Assembly (NCBI GenBank): GCA_963843845.1
Contig: CAWJMB010000002.1
Coordinates: 2,304,001-2,368,000, forward strand
Length of the DNA: 64,000 bases
Direction: 5' to 3'
From: an uncultured Gemmatimonadaceae bacterium
Lineage (GTDB): Bacteria > Gemmatimonadota > Gemmatimonadetes > Gemmatimonadales > Gemmatimonadaceae
Made by a program: the position numbers and the translations under genes. The notes under the pieces are model-generated. The model was not told the DNA's origin, ran no database searches, and saw only the letters and a list, made by a program, of their open reading frames with translations. Positions 52,929 through 62,625 of the stretch are shown here, one piece after another. Numbering within the stretch: the stretch's first letter is position 1; each line of letters opens with the position of its first letter.

Positions 52929-54784
52929 ATCTCACCGCGATCGACTGGGCGATCGTCGTCGCCTACTTCCTCCTCTCCGCGGGGATCGGCTTCGCGTTCA
53001 CGAAGCGCGGCGGCGAGAGCCTGAGCGAGTACTTCATCGCCGGGCGCCAGGTGCCGTGGTGGCTCGCCGGCTCCGCGATGGTCGCGACGACGTTCGCGGC
53101 CGACACCCCGCTCGTCGTCACCGGCCTGGTCGCGGCGCACGGGGTCGCCGGCAACTGGCTGTGGTGGAACATGGTGATGAGCGGCATGCTCACCGTGTTC
53201 TTCTTCGCCCGACTGTGGCGCCGGGCGAACGTCATGACCGACGTCGAGTTCGCGGAGGTGCGCTACAGCGGCACGGCCGGCGGCGGCGCTGCGCGGCTTC
53301 CGCGCGCTCTACCTCGCGATCCCGATCAACCTCATCATCCTCGGCTGGGTGACGCGAGCGATGATCAAGATCCTCACGATCTCGCTCGGCCTGCAGCCGG
53401 TGAGCGTCGCGGGCATCACGATCTCGGGCGACGTGCTGGCGGTCGGGCTCTGCTTCGTCGCCACGGTCGCGTACTCGGTCGCCGCCGGCATGTGGGCCGT
53501 GCTGTGGACCGACCTCGTGCAGTTCGTCATCAAGATGACGGCGGTCATCATCCTCGCGGTGTACGCCGTCGACGCGGTGGGCGGGATGAGCGCGCTCAAG
53601 GCCGGCCTCGCGCAGAAGTTCGGCAGCGAGGACGCGGCGCTCTCGGTCCTGCCGCTCACCTTCGGCGCGAACCGGTGTCGAAGCGTACGCGTGGATGCCG
53701 CTGCTCGCGCTTGGGCGTGTTCCTCAGTGTGCAGTGGTGGGCGGCGTGGTACCCGGGCGCCGAGCCGGGCGGCGGCGGCTACGTGGCGCAACGCATCTTC
53801 TCCGCGAAGACGGAGCGCGACGGCGTGCTCGCGACGCTGTTCTTCCAGGTCGCGCACTACGCGCTGCGCCCGTGGCCGTGGATCGTCACCGGCCTCGCGA
53901 CGGTGCTCCTCTACCCGAACGGCATCGGCCCGACGGGCGACCGCGAGGCCGCCTACGTGCAGGCCTACGTCGATCTGCTGCCGACGCCGTGGCGCGGCTT
54001 CATGATGGCCGGTTTCGCCGCCGCGTACATGTCCACGGTCGGCACGCACCTCAACTGGGGCGCGTCGTACATCGTGAACGACTTCTACAAGCGCTTCCTC
54101 CGAACCGACGCGAGCGAGCGCCACTACGTGACCGTCTCGCGCTGGACGACGATCGGGCTCTTCCTCGCGTCGATCGTCGTCACGATGAATCTCTCGTCGG
54201 TCGAGAAGGCGTGGGAGTATCTCCTGGCGCTCGGCGCCGGCACGGGGCTCGTCCTGATTCTTCGCTGGTACTGGTGGCGCATCAACGCGTGGAGCGAGAT
54301 CAGCTCGATGATCACGTCGTTCGTCGTGTCGCTGATCGCGCTGAACGTGATCCCGTCACGCTTCCCGGCGGGCGATCCGCGCGCGCAGGCGTGGGTGATG
54401 CTCGTGACCGTCGCCGCCAGCACGGTCGTCTGGGTGACGGTCACCTTCGTCACGAGCCCCGAGCCCGACTCGGTCCTCGTCGCGTTCTACCGTCGCGTGC
54501 GGCCGGGAGGGGCCGGGTGGGCCCGCATCTCGCAGCAGGCGGGCTACGGCCGCGAGCCGATCACCGGCGGCGCCCTCGCGTGGACGAACTGGATCGCTGG
54601 CGTCGTCGCGGTCTACGCGACGCTGTTCGGGCTCGGCAAGCTCGTCTTCGGCGAGACGACGTCGGGTGTGGTGATGCTCGCCGTCGCCGCGGCCGCGTTC
54701 GCGTGGATCGCGCGAGCCTTCCGATCCGAGAGCGCCGACCCCCAGCCGGTCGGCCGCGTCGCGGACGCCTACGCGGGTGACTGA
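52925..54784 (+). CDS. Sodium:solute symporter family protein (compensating frameshifts)
   Basis: SMVATTFAADTPL, GGGYVAQR, AAYMST; many TM segments. Confidence 0.88.
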   Translation: MNLTAIDWAIVVAYFLLSAGIGFAFTKRGGESLSEYFIAGRQVPWWLAGSAMVATTFAADTPLVVTGLVAAHGVAGNWLWWNMVMSGMLTVFFFARLWRRANVMTDVEFAEVRYSGTAGGGAARLPRALPRDPDQPHHPRLGDASDDQDPHDLARPAAGERRGHHDLGRRAGGRALLRRHGRVLGRRRHVGRAVDRPRAVRHQDDGGHHPRGVRRRRGGRDERAQGRPRAEVRQRGRGALGPAAHLRREPVSKRTRGCRCSRLGVFLSVQWWAAWYPGAEPGGGGYVAQRIFSAKTERDGVLATLFFQVAHYALRPWPWIVTGLATVLLYPNGIGPTGDREAAYVQAYVDLLPTPWRGFMMAGFAAAYMSTVGTHLNWGASYIVNDFYKRFLRTDASERHYVTVSRWTTIGLFLASIVVTMNLSSVEKAWEYLLALGAGTGLVLILRWYWWRINAWSEISSMITSFVVSLIALNVIPSRFPAGDPRAQAWVMLVTVAASTVVWVTVTFVTSPEPDSVLVAFYRRVRPGGAGWARISQQAGYGREPITGGALAWTNWIAGVVAVYATLFGLGKLVFGETTSGVVMLAVAAAAFAWIARAFRSESADPQPVGRVADAYAGD

Positions 54785-54810
54785 CACCGGTGCCCGGCGG
54801 GCGTCACACG

Positions 54811-54839
54811 TTGAGCGAGTGATTCATTGCCCTTATCTT
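54811..54839 (+). promoter_or_regulatory. Sigma70-like promoter upstream of iscA/erpA
   Basis: TTGAGC-N17-TATCTT in an AT-richer spacer; GGAGG RBS before ATG 54887. Confidence 0.55.
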
Positions 54840-54886
54840 CCGTACATTCCTGGCGCAGCGTTGCGCTCAACTTCCGGAGGTACCCG

Positions 54887-55237
54887 ATGTCCACCGCCAC
54901 CGAGCTCGCCCTCATCGTCACGGCCGGCGCCACGACCGAAGTGAAGAAGTTCATGGACGCCGAAGGGGTCACGTACGACAAGGGCGGGCTGCGTGTCAGC
55001 GTGCAGCCGGGCGGCTGCAGCGGCTTCAAGTACGGTCTCCTCATCGAAGATCAGCCGGCCGAGGACGACATCGTCGTTCAGCAGGAAGGCTTCAGCGTCT
55101 TCATCGACCCGTTCTCCGCGCAGTACATCAGCGGTGTCACCATCGACTATGTGACGTCGATGCAGGGCTCGGGCTTCACGTTCAAGAACCCGAACTCGAC
55201 CGGCGGGTGCGGCTGCGGCAGCTCGTTCTCGGCGTGA
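54887..55237 (+). CDS. A-type Fe-S carrier (IscA/ErpA/HesB family)
   Basis: GGCSGFKY, FKNPN, CGCGSSFS. Confidence 0.95.
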   Translation: MSTATELALIVTAGATTEVKKFMDAEGVTYDKGGLRVSVQPGGCSGFKYGLLIEDQPAEDDIVVQQEGFSVFIDPFSAQYISGVTIDYVTSMQGSGFTFKNPNSTGGCGCGSSFSA

Positions 55238-55250
55238 TCGACTGCCATCC

Positions 55251-57206
55251 ATGAGCACGTCGGGACCGCGCCAGCACGTCGGCGGCAGTTCCGCGCACGA
55301 GGCCCGCGATCCATCCCAGGATCGCGGGCCTTCGCGCGTCGGGGCGGCCGCGGACATCATGACGAAGGCGAGCGCGAACACGTCGCGCGAGCGGATCGCC
55401 GCGGTCATCGTGCACGAGCACGACGACATCGCGCGCCTCGTCGCCGACCGCATCGAGGCGGTCATCCGGGAGCGCAACGCGGCGGGCGCAACGGCCGTGT
55501 TGGGCCTCGCCACGGGGTCGACCCCGATCGGGGTCTACCGCGAGCTGATCCGCCGCCACCGCGAGCACGGCCTCAGCTTCCGCCACGTCGTCACCTTCAA
55601 TCTCGACGAGTACTACCCGATGTCGTCGGACAGCATCCACTCGTACCACCGGTACATGTGGGAGAATCTGTTCGCGCACATCGACATCGACGCGTCCAAC
55701 GTGCACATCCCGCCCGGGACCGTGCCGCGGGAGGAGGTCTCCGACGCGTGCGCGGCGTACGAGGCCGCCATCGTCGCCGCGGGCGGGATCGACTTCCAGT
55801 TGTTGGGCATCGGCAAGACCGGCCACATCGGCTTCAACGAGCCAGGCTCCGGACTCGAGAGCCGCACGCGGCTCGTGCATCTCGACAACGTCACGCGCCA
55901 GGACGCCGCCGCCGATTTCTTCGGCGCCGAGAACGTGCCGCGTGAGGCGGTGACGATGGGCGTCGCGACGATCATGGCGGCGCGCGAGGTCGCGATCCTC
56001 GCGACCGGTGAGCACAAGGCGGCGATCGTGCGGCGCGCGCTCGAAGGCGAGGTCGACGTCCAGGTCGCCGCGACGTTCCTGCAGCAACATCCGAACACGA
56101 CGTTCTTCATCGACGACGCTGCGGCGGCCGATCTCACGCGGATCGCGACGCCGTGGCTCCTCGACGCCGTCGAGTGGACCGAGCCGCTCATGGTGCGCGC
56201 CGTGGTGTGGCTGTCGCTGCTCGTCGGGCGCGGGATCCTGAAGCTCACGCAGCGCGACTACAGCGATCACGCGCTGTCGTCGCTCGTGGCCCGCTACGGG
56301 TCGCCGGGTGCGGTGAACGGCGCGGTGTTCAATCTGTTGGGCGCGAAGATCCGAGGCCGGAGCAAGCTGCCGCGCGGGAAGAAGATCATCTGCTTCTCCC
56401 CCCACCCCGACGACGACGTCATCTCGATGGGCGGCATTCTGTACAAGCTCGTGCAGAACGGGAACGACGTCACCGTCGCCTACATGACGAGCGGCAACAT
56501 CGCGGTCTTCGACCACGAGGTGCGCCGTTACGTCGACTTCCTCCTTCGCCTCGACCGCGAGCGCGGACTCGGCAGCGACGATCTCCGAACGTTCGCCGAC
56601 CGCGTCCACGACTCGCTCGCGACGAAGCACCCCGGCGACGTCGACATCCCCGAAGTGCAGGACACGAAGCGCGTCATCCGCGAGGCCGAGGCGGTGAGCG
56701 GCATCGAGGTGATGGGGCTCACCAAGCAGAACGCGCGCTTCCTGAACCTGCCGTTCTACCAGACCGGGAAGGTCCGCAAGGATCCGATCGGCCCGGCCGA
56801 CGTGGAGATCGTTCGCGCGTTGCTCGACGAGGTCCGACCGGACCTCGTGTTCGTCGCCGGCGATCTGTCGGATCCGCACGGAACGCATCGGATGTGTAAA
56901 GAGGCGATCGATCGCGCGACGGCCGAACGCGTCGAGCGCCCCGAGGTCTGGCTCTACCGCGGTGCGTGGCAGGAGTGGCCGGTCACCGAGGCGACCGTTC
57001 TCGTGCCGATGTCGCAGGAAGAGTTGCAGGTGAAGATCCAGGCGATCTTCAAGCACCAGTCGCAGAAGGATTCCGCGCCGTTCCCCGGACAGGACGAGCG
57101 GGAGTTCTGGCAGCGCGTCGATCAGCGGAACAAGGAGACCGCCGCGACGCTCAACCGGCTCGGGCTCGCCGAGTACTTCGCCATGGAGGCGTACGTCATC
57201 GCGTGA
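55251..57206 (+). CDS. nagB: Glucosamine-6-phosphate deaminase fused to a PIG-L/LmbE-like domain
   Basis: LGLATGSTP, NLDEYY, GHIGFNEPGS; C-terminal SPHPDDD and DPHGTH. Confidence 0.92.
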   Translation: MSTSGPRQHVGGSSAHEARDPSQDRGPSRVGAAADIMTKASANTSRERIAAVIVHEHDDIARLVADRIEAVIRERNAAGATAVLGLATGSTPIGVYRELIRRHREHGLSFRHVVTFNLDEYYPMSSDSIHSYHRYMWENLFAHIDIDASNVHIPPGTVPREEVSDACAAYEAAIVAAGGIDFQLLGIGKTGHIGFNEPGSGLESRTRLVHLDNVTRQDAAADFFGAENVPREAVTMGVATIMAAREVAILATGEHKAAIVRRALEGEVDVQVAATFLQQHPNTTFFIDDAAAADLTRIATPWLLDAVEWTEPLMVRAVVWLSLLVGRGILKLTQRDYSDHALSSLVARYGSPGAVNGAVFNLLGAKIRGRSKLPRGKKIICFSPHPDDDVISMGGILYKLVQNGNDVTVAYMTSGNIAVFDHEVRRYVDFLLRLDRERGLGSDDLRTFADRVHDSLATKHPGDVDIPEVQDTKRVIREAEAVSGIEVMGLTKQNARFLNLPFYQTGKVRKDPIGPADVEIVRALLDEVRPDLVFVAGDLSDPHGTHRMCKEAIDRATAERVERPEVWLYRGAWQEWPVTEATVLVPMSQEELQVKIQAIFKHQSQKDSAPFPGQDEREFWQRVDQRNKETAATLNRLGLAEYFAMEAYVIA

Positions 57207-58756
57207 ATAGCACGACCGGCACGTTCAACGCGCTCGACGCGCTCGTCCTCCTCGCGTATCTCGTCGGCATCACGCTGCTGGGCGTCTGGGTAGGCCGCCG
57301 ACAGAAGGACGCCCGCGACTACTTCGTCGCCGACCGCGCCATCCCGTGGTGGGCGGTCATGTTCTCGATCGTCGCGACCGAGACGAGCGCGCTCACGTTC
57401 ATCAGTACGCCGGGCCTCGCGTACCGCACGAACCTCGGCTTCCTGCAGATCGTCGCGGGGTACCTGCTGGGCCGCATCGTCGTCGCCTACGCGCTGCTGC
57501 CGAAGTACTTCGAAGGGGAGATCGTCACGGCGTACGCGCTGCTCGAGCGCCGGTTCGGGCTCACCACCAGGCGCTTCACGTCGATCATCTTCATGGTCAC
57601 GCGCGCGCTCGCCGATTCGGTCCGCGTGTTCGCGACCGCGGTGCCGATCGCGATCATCCTCGGGCCGGTGATGACGGACCAGAGCCTCGTCATGCCGTCG
57701 GCCGTCCTCATCCTCGGCGTCCTGACGATCATCTATACATACCGCGGGGGCATGAAGGCGGTCGTGTGGACGGAGATCGTGCAGGCGGGCGTGTATCTGA
57801 TGGGCGGACTCATCGCGCTTGTGCTCGTCGGGCGTCTCGTGCCGGGCGGCTGGGGTGCGATCGTGTCGCAGGCGGGCGCCGCGGGAAAGCTGCAGGCCGT
57901 CGACCCGTACTTCGGCTTCGACAAGCCGAACACGCTCTTCGCAGGACTCCTCGGCGGCGCGTTCCTCTCGATGGCGTCCCACGGGACCGATCAGCTCATC
58001 GTGCAGCGCCTGCTCTCCGCGAGGTCGCTGCGCGACGCGCAGAAGGCGATCATCGGCAGCGGCGTCGCGGTGATCGCGCAGTTCTCGCTCTTCCTGCTCA
58101 TCGGCGTCGGGCTGTGGACGTTCTTCGGCGCCCGCGAGTTTCCGACACCGGACTACATCTTCCCCACGTTCATCGTGCAGCAGATGCCCCACGGGCTGGT
58201 CGGCCTCCTCGTCGCAGCGATCGTCGCGGCGACGATGAGCACGCACTCGGGTGCGATCAACTCGCTCGCCGCGGCGACGACGCACGACATCTACCTCCCG
58301 CTGACGAAGCGCTCTGCGGACTCGCCGGAGACACTCCGCGCCGGCAAGCTGTTCGCCCTCGGCTGGGGGGTCGTCCTCACGGTGGGAGCGCTGTTCTTCC
58401 CCGAAGATCCGAAGACACCGGTCGTGGTGGTCGCCCTCAGCATCGCGTCGTTCACCTACGGTGCGCTGCTCGGCGTGTTCTTCCTCGGGAACTTCTGGTC
58501 TCGCGCCATCGAGCGCGACGCGCTCACCGGCCAGGTCGTCGGCCTCATCTCGATGGCGTTCGTGGTGTTCGCCGGGCAGTTCAGCCGGTGGGTCCCCGCC
58601 CTCGCACCGACGCTGCAACCGATCTCGACGATCGCGTGGCCGTGGTACGTGCTGATCGGCACGACGATCACGGTGCTCGTCGGCGTGCTCTCGTCGCTCA
58701 CCCATCCGGCCCCGCCCCCTCCGCTCGCGCGGCCGGTGGTCGGAGCACGTGCGTGA
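57203..58756 (+). CDS. Sodium:solute symporter (sugar-type)
   Basis: SIVATETSALTF, GGMKAVVWT, DQLIVQRLL, AATMST. Confidence 0.9.
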   Translation: MNSTTGTFNALDALVLLAYLVGITLLGVWVGRRQKDARDYFVADRAIPWWAVMFSIVATETSALTFISTPGLAYRTNLGFLQIVAGYLLGRIVVAYALLPKYFEGEIVTAYALLERRFGLTTRRFTSIIFMVTRALADSVRVFATAVPIAIILGPVMTDQSLVMPSAVLILGVLTIIYTYRGGMKAVVWTEIVQAGVYLMGGLIALVLVGRLVPGGWGAIVSQAGAAGKLQAVDPYFGFDKPNTLFAGLLGGAFLSMASHGTDQLIVQRLLSARSLRDAQKAIIGSGVAVIAQFSLFLLIGVGLWTFFGAREFPTPDYIFPTFIVQQMPHGLVGLLVAAIVAATMSTHSGAINSLAAATTHDIYLPLTKRSADSPETLRAGKLFALGWGVVLTVGALFFPEDPKTPVVVVALSIASFTYGALLGVFFLGNFWSRAIERDALTGQVVGLISMAFVVFAGQFSRWVPALAPTLQPISTIAWPWYVLIGTTITVLVGVLSSLTHPAPPPPLARPVVGARA

Positions 58757-59691
58757 GCACGATCGTCGTCGGCATCGACGGCGGCGGCTCGAAGACGCGC
58801 GTCGTGGTCGCCGATGAGCAGGGGCGCGAGATCGTCTCGGTCGACGGTCCCGCATCCGCCGTCCGCCCGGGCCACGTCGACCTCTCGGCCGACGTCGTCG
58901 CGGCGTGCGTACGCGACGCGCTCGCGGCGGCGACGATGACGCACGTCGTGCCGCGCGTGCTCGCCATCGGGGTCGCCGGCGTGGGGCGCGAGCCCGAGCG
59001 AGAGGCGCTGTGGCAGGCGCTCTCAGCGCGCGAGCTGGCGGAGGACGTCGTGGTGCACACGGACGCCGCGGTCGCGCTCGACGACGCGTTCGGCGACGGC
59101 GCGGGGATCTTGCTCGTCTCGGGGACCGGGTCGATCGCCTACGGCCGCGCGCCGGACGGCTCGTTCGCGCGTTGCGGCGGGTGGGGCCCGGTGATCGGCG
59201 ACGAGGGGAGCGGCGGGTGGATCGGCCGCCGGGCGCTGAACGTCGCCGCCGCCTCGGCCGACGGGCGCGAGCCGGAGAGCGCGCTGGTGAACGCGCTCCT
59301 GACGGCGATCGAGGCGGACGACCCGACGGCGATGATCGCCTGGGGCGCGCAGGCGACGCCATCGCAGTTCGCGCGGCTCGCGCCGGTCGTGCTGCAAGTC
59401 GCGGCGACCGGCGACCTGCGCGCGAACTCGCTGCTCAACATCGCCGTCGAGGAGCTGGTGCTCCACGTCCGCACGCTCGCCCGCCGCCTGTTCGGCGACG
59501 AGCGCGCGACGTCGCCCGTCGCGCTCGCCGGCGGTCTGCTCACGCGCGGCGCACCGCTCCGCAAGCGCCTCGAGCAGCGGCTCAAGACGGCCGTGCCCGG
59601 CGCGCAGCTCCGTGCGCACGACGTCGAGCCCGCCCGCGGCGCCGTGCGCGCCGCGCTCAGGACGTTGGGCATCGAGGTGGCGCCGACCTGA
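58753..59691 (+). CDS. BadF/BcrA-type N-acetylglucosamine/MurNAc kinase
   Basis: GIDGGGSKT, SGTGS, GGWGPVIGDEGSG. Confidence 0.88.
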   Translation: MSTIVVGIDGGGSKTRVVVADEQGREIVSVDGPASAVRPGHVDLSADVVAACVRDALAAATMTHVVPRVLAIGVAGVGREPEREALWQALSARELAEDVVVHTDAAVALDDAFGDGAGILLVSGTGSIAYGRAPDGSFARCGGWGPVIGDEGSGGWIGRRALNVAAASADGREPESALVNALLTAIEADDPTAMIAWGAQATPSQFARLAPVVLQVAATGDLRANSLLNIAVEELVLHVRTLARRLFGDERATSPVALAGGLLTRGAPLRKRLEQRLKTAVPGAQLRAHDVEPARGAVRAALRTLGIEVAPT

Positions 59692-59708
59692 GTCGGCGCC
59701 ACGGCGGC

Positions 59709-61070
59709 TCACATCGACGCCGCCACGTGCTCCTGCCGCTCGATCTCCACGGCGCGCTCGACGGCCGACGCCGGCTCGGTGCCCAGCACGCCTTCCCAGC
59801 GCGCCATCACCGCCGTCGCGAGGCAGTTTCCGACGAGGTTCACCGACGTCCGCGCCATGTCCATGAGCGCGTCGACGCCGAGGATGACGGCGATCCCGGC
59901 GAGCGGGAGGCCGAACTGCGTCAGCGCGCCCGACAGGATCACGAGCGACGCACGCGGCACCGCAGCGACCCCTTTGCTCGTGAGCATCAGGGTCAGCATC
60001 ATGAGGATCTGCGTGCCTAACGGCATGTCGATCCCGGCGGCCTGCGCGACGAACACGGAGGCGAGCGCGAGGTACAGCGTGCTCCCGTCGAGATTGAAGG
60101 AGTACCCGGTCGGCATCACGAACGCGACGATGCGCTTCGGCACGCCGAACGCCTCCATGGCCTGCATCGCCCGCGGCAGCGCGGCCTCGCTCGACGCGGT
60201 CGAGAACGCGATGAGCGCTGGTTCGCGCACGGTGCGGATGAAGCGCGCGATCGGGATGCGCGCCGCGAGCGCGATCGGAATGAGCACGAGGACCACGAAC
60301 ACGATCAGGGCGCCGTAGAGCGTCCCCACGAGCTTCGCGAGGTTCAGGAGCACGCCGAGTCCGCTGCGCGAGACGGTGACCGCGATCGCCGCGCCGATGC
60401 CGATCGGTGCGTATGCCATCACGAGCCCGACGAACTTGAACATGATCTGCGATAGCGACTCGCAGAACTCGAGGAAGAACGTCTTCGCTCGTCCCGGCGG
60501 CACCTTCGCGAGCGCGACCGCGAAGAGGATCGCGAAGAAGACGATCTGCAGTACCTCGTTCGCCGCCGCCGCCTCGAAGAAGCTCTGCGGCACCGTGTGC
60601 TCGATGACGCCGGAGAACGTCGGCTGCTTGGTTGCGAGCGAGGCGACATCCTCCCCCACCTCCGCCGGGAGGGTGACCCCGACGCCCGGCTTCACGACGT
60701 TCACCGCGATCAGTCCGACCGCGAGCGCGAGCGTCGTCACGAGCTCGAAGTAGATGATCGAGCGGAGCGCGAGCCGCCCGACCTTCTTCATGTCGTCGCC
60801 ATGTCCGGCGATGCCGACGACGAGCGTGCTGAAGAGCAGGGGCACGATCAGCGACTTGATCATGCGCAGGAACACCGTCGCGAGCACGCGCAGGTCGCTC
60901 GCCGCCCACCCGCCGTGCGCCGCGCGCTCGGCCTCGGGGAACAGCGCGCCGATGACGATGCCGACGACGAGCGAGACGATGATCCACTGCGTCAGCGAGA
61001 TGCGGCGCAGTCCGGTCGGCGACGAGGGCGGCGCCGTCGGCGACGGTGGAGCGGAGGTCATGGCGGCCAT
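59709..61070 (-). CDS. Dicarboxylate/amino acid:cation symporter (GltP-like)
   Basis: FSTASSEAALP, GYSFNLDG, SKGVAAVP, DMARTSVN. Confidence 0.93.
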   Translation of the reverse strand: MAAMTSAPPSPTAPPSSPTGLRRISLTQWIIVSLVVGIVIGALFPEAERAAHGGWAASDLRVLATVFLRMIKSLIVPLLFSTLVVGIAGHGDDMKKVGRLALRSIIYFELVTTLALAVGLIAVNVVKPGVGVTLPAEVGEDVASLATKQPTFSGVIEHTVPQSFFEAAAANEVLQIVFFAILFAVALAKVPPGRAKTFFLEFCESLSQIMFKFVGLVMAYAPIGIGAAIAVTVSRSGLGVLLNLAKLVGTLYGALIVFVVLVLIPIALAARIPIARFIRTVREPALIAFSTASSEAALPRAMQAMEAFGVPKRIVAFVMPTGYSFNLDGSTLYLALASVFVAQAAGIDMPLGTQILMMLTLMLTSKGVAAVPRASLVILSGALTQFGLPLAGIAVILGVDALMDMARTSVNLVGNCLATAVMARWEGVLGTEPASAVERAVEIERQEHVAASM

Positions 61071-61073
61071 CGG

Positions 61074-62606
61074 CTACGACTCGATCGAGGGCGGAGGCAG
61101 GACGGCGACCGGGGCTGTGCCGCGCCGCAGCGTGGAATGCCGGTATCCGTAGAGGAAATAGAGCGCGAGGCCGATCGCGAGCCAGATCCCGAAGCGCGAC
61201 CACGCCGCGGGCGGCAGCCCCTGCATGACGAACACGCACGCTCCGGCGCCGAGGATGGTCACGGGCCAGACGAACGGCACCCGGAAGGGTCGATGGCGCG
61301 TCGGATCCGAGTAGCGGAGCACGAGCACGCCGATGCAGACCAGGGCGAACGCCGACAGCGTCCCGATGTTCGTGAGGTCGTAGGTGGCCGCGTCGTCGGC
61401 GAGCAGCGCGCCGGTCGCGACGAGCACGCCCGTCAGGATGGTCGTCACGTGCGGCGTGCGGTACTTCGGGTGGATCTTCGCCGCCCAGGGCGGGAGGAGC
61501 CCGTCGCGCGCCATCGCGAAGAAGATGCGGGGCTGTCCGTACTGAAAGACGAGCAGCACCGCGGCCATCGAGACGACCGCGCCCGCCGCGACGATCCAGC
61601 TCGCAGCCGGGAACCCGGCGACCTGCAGTGCCCGCGCGAGCGGGTCCGACGACTTGAGCTGCATGTACGGCACGAGCCCCGTCGCGACCGCGCCGACGAC
61701 CACGTAGATCAGCGTGCAGATGCCGAGGCCGATCATGATGCCCAACGGCATGTTGCGCTGCGGATTCTTCGTCTCCTCGGCCGCCGTCGAGATCGCGTCG
61801 AAGCCGATGAAGGCGAAGAACACGATCGCCGCCCCCTGATGGATCCCGCGGAAGCCGTTCGGCGCGAAGGGCGTGTAGTTCGCCGTGTCGATGTTCATCG
61901 CGCCGACGACGACGAACACCGTGATGACGATCAGCTTCACGCCGACCATGACGTTGTTCACGCGCGTGCTCTCGCGAACACCGATCACGAGCAACCAGGT
62001 GACCGCCATGACGACCAAGAACGCCGGCAGATTCACGAGGATCGGCACGCCCGCGATTCGCGGGGCCGTCTGGAGCAGCGCCGCCATCGCCGCGTCACCG
62101 CCGCCGGCGAGCGCCTTCACGTTCCAGTAGCCGTGCGTGATCCACCCCGGCAACTGGAACCAGGGCGAGAGCAGCGAGTTGAAGTAGCCGGCCCACGCGA
62201 TCGCCACGGCGACGTTGCCGACCGCGTACTCGAGGATCAGGTCCCACCCGATGATCCATGCGACGATCTCGCCGAGCGTCGCGTACGAGTACGCGTACGC
62301 GCTGCCGGCCTGGGGGATCATGGCGGCCAGCTCCGCGTAGCAGAGCGCGGCGAGTCCGCACACGACGCCCAACAACAGGAACGAAAGCACGAGGGCGGGG
62401 CCGGCGCCGTAGCGCACGACCTCGCCCGCCGCATTGACCTCACCCGCCGCCGCCGTGCCCAACGTCGAGAAGATGCCGGCCCCGATCACGGCGCCGATCG
62501 ACAGCATGACGAGGTCGGCGACGCCGAGCGTGCGCCGAAGCCCCGTCGACCCTTCCCCTTCGGCGAGCAGCTCGCCGATGCCCTTTCGTGAGAAGATCGA
62601 CGCCAT
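61074..62606 (-). CDS. APC-family amino acid permease
   Basis: IGAGIF, CYAELA..P.AGSAY, FFAFIGFD, MARDGLLP. Confidence 0.93.
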   Translation of the reverse strand: MASIFSRKGIGELLAEGEGSTGLRRTLGVADLVMLSIGAVIGAGIFSTLGTAAAGEVNAAGEVVRYGAGPALVLSFLLLGVVCGLAALCYAELAAMIPQAGSAYAYSYATLGEIVAWIIGWDLILEYAVGNVAVAIAWAGYFNSLLSPWFQLPGWITHGYWNVKALAGGGDAAMAALLQTAPRIAGVPILVNLPAFLVVMAVTWLLVIGVRESTRVNNVMVGVKLIVITVFVVVGAMNIDTANYTPFAPNGFRGIHQGAAIVFFAFIGFDAISTAAEETKNPQRNMPLGIMIGLGICTLIYVVVGAVATGLVPYMQLKSSDPLARALQVAGFPAASWIVAAGAVVSMAAVLLVFQYGQPRIFFAMARDGLLPPWAAKIHPKYRTPHVTTILTGVLVATGALLADDAATYDLTNIGTLSAFALVCIGVLVLRYSDPTRHRPFRVPFVWPVTILGAGACVFVMQGLPPAAWSRFGIWLAIGLALYFLYGYRHSTLRRGTAPVAVLPPPSIES

Positions 62607-62625
62607 GGAAGGAGAGGGCCGGGGC

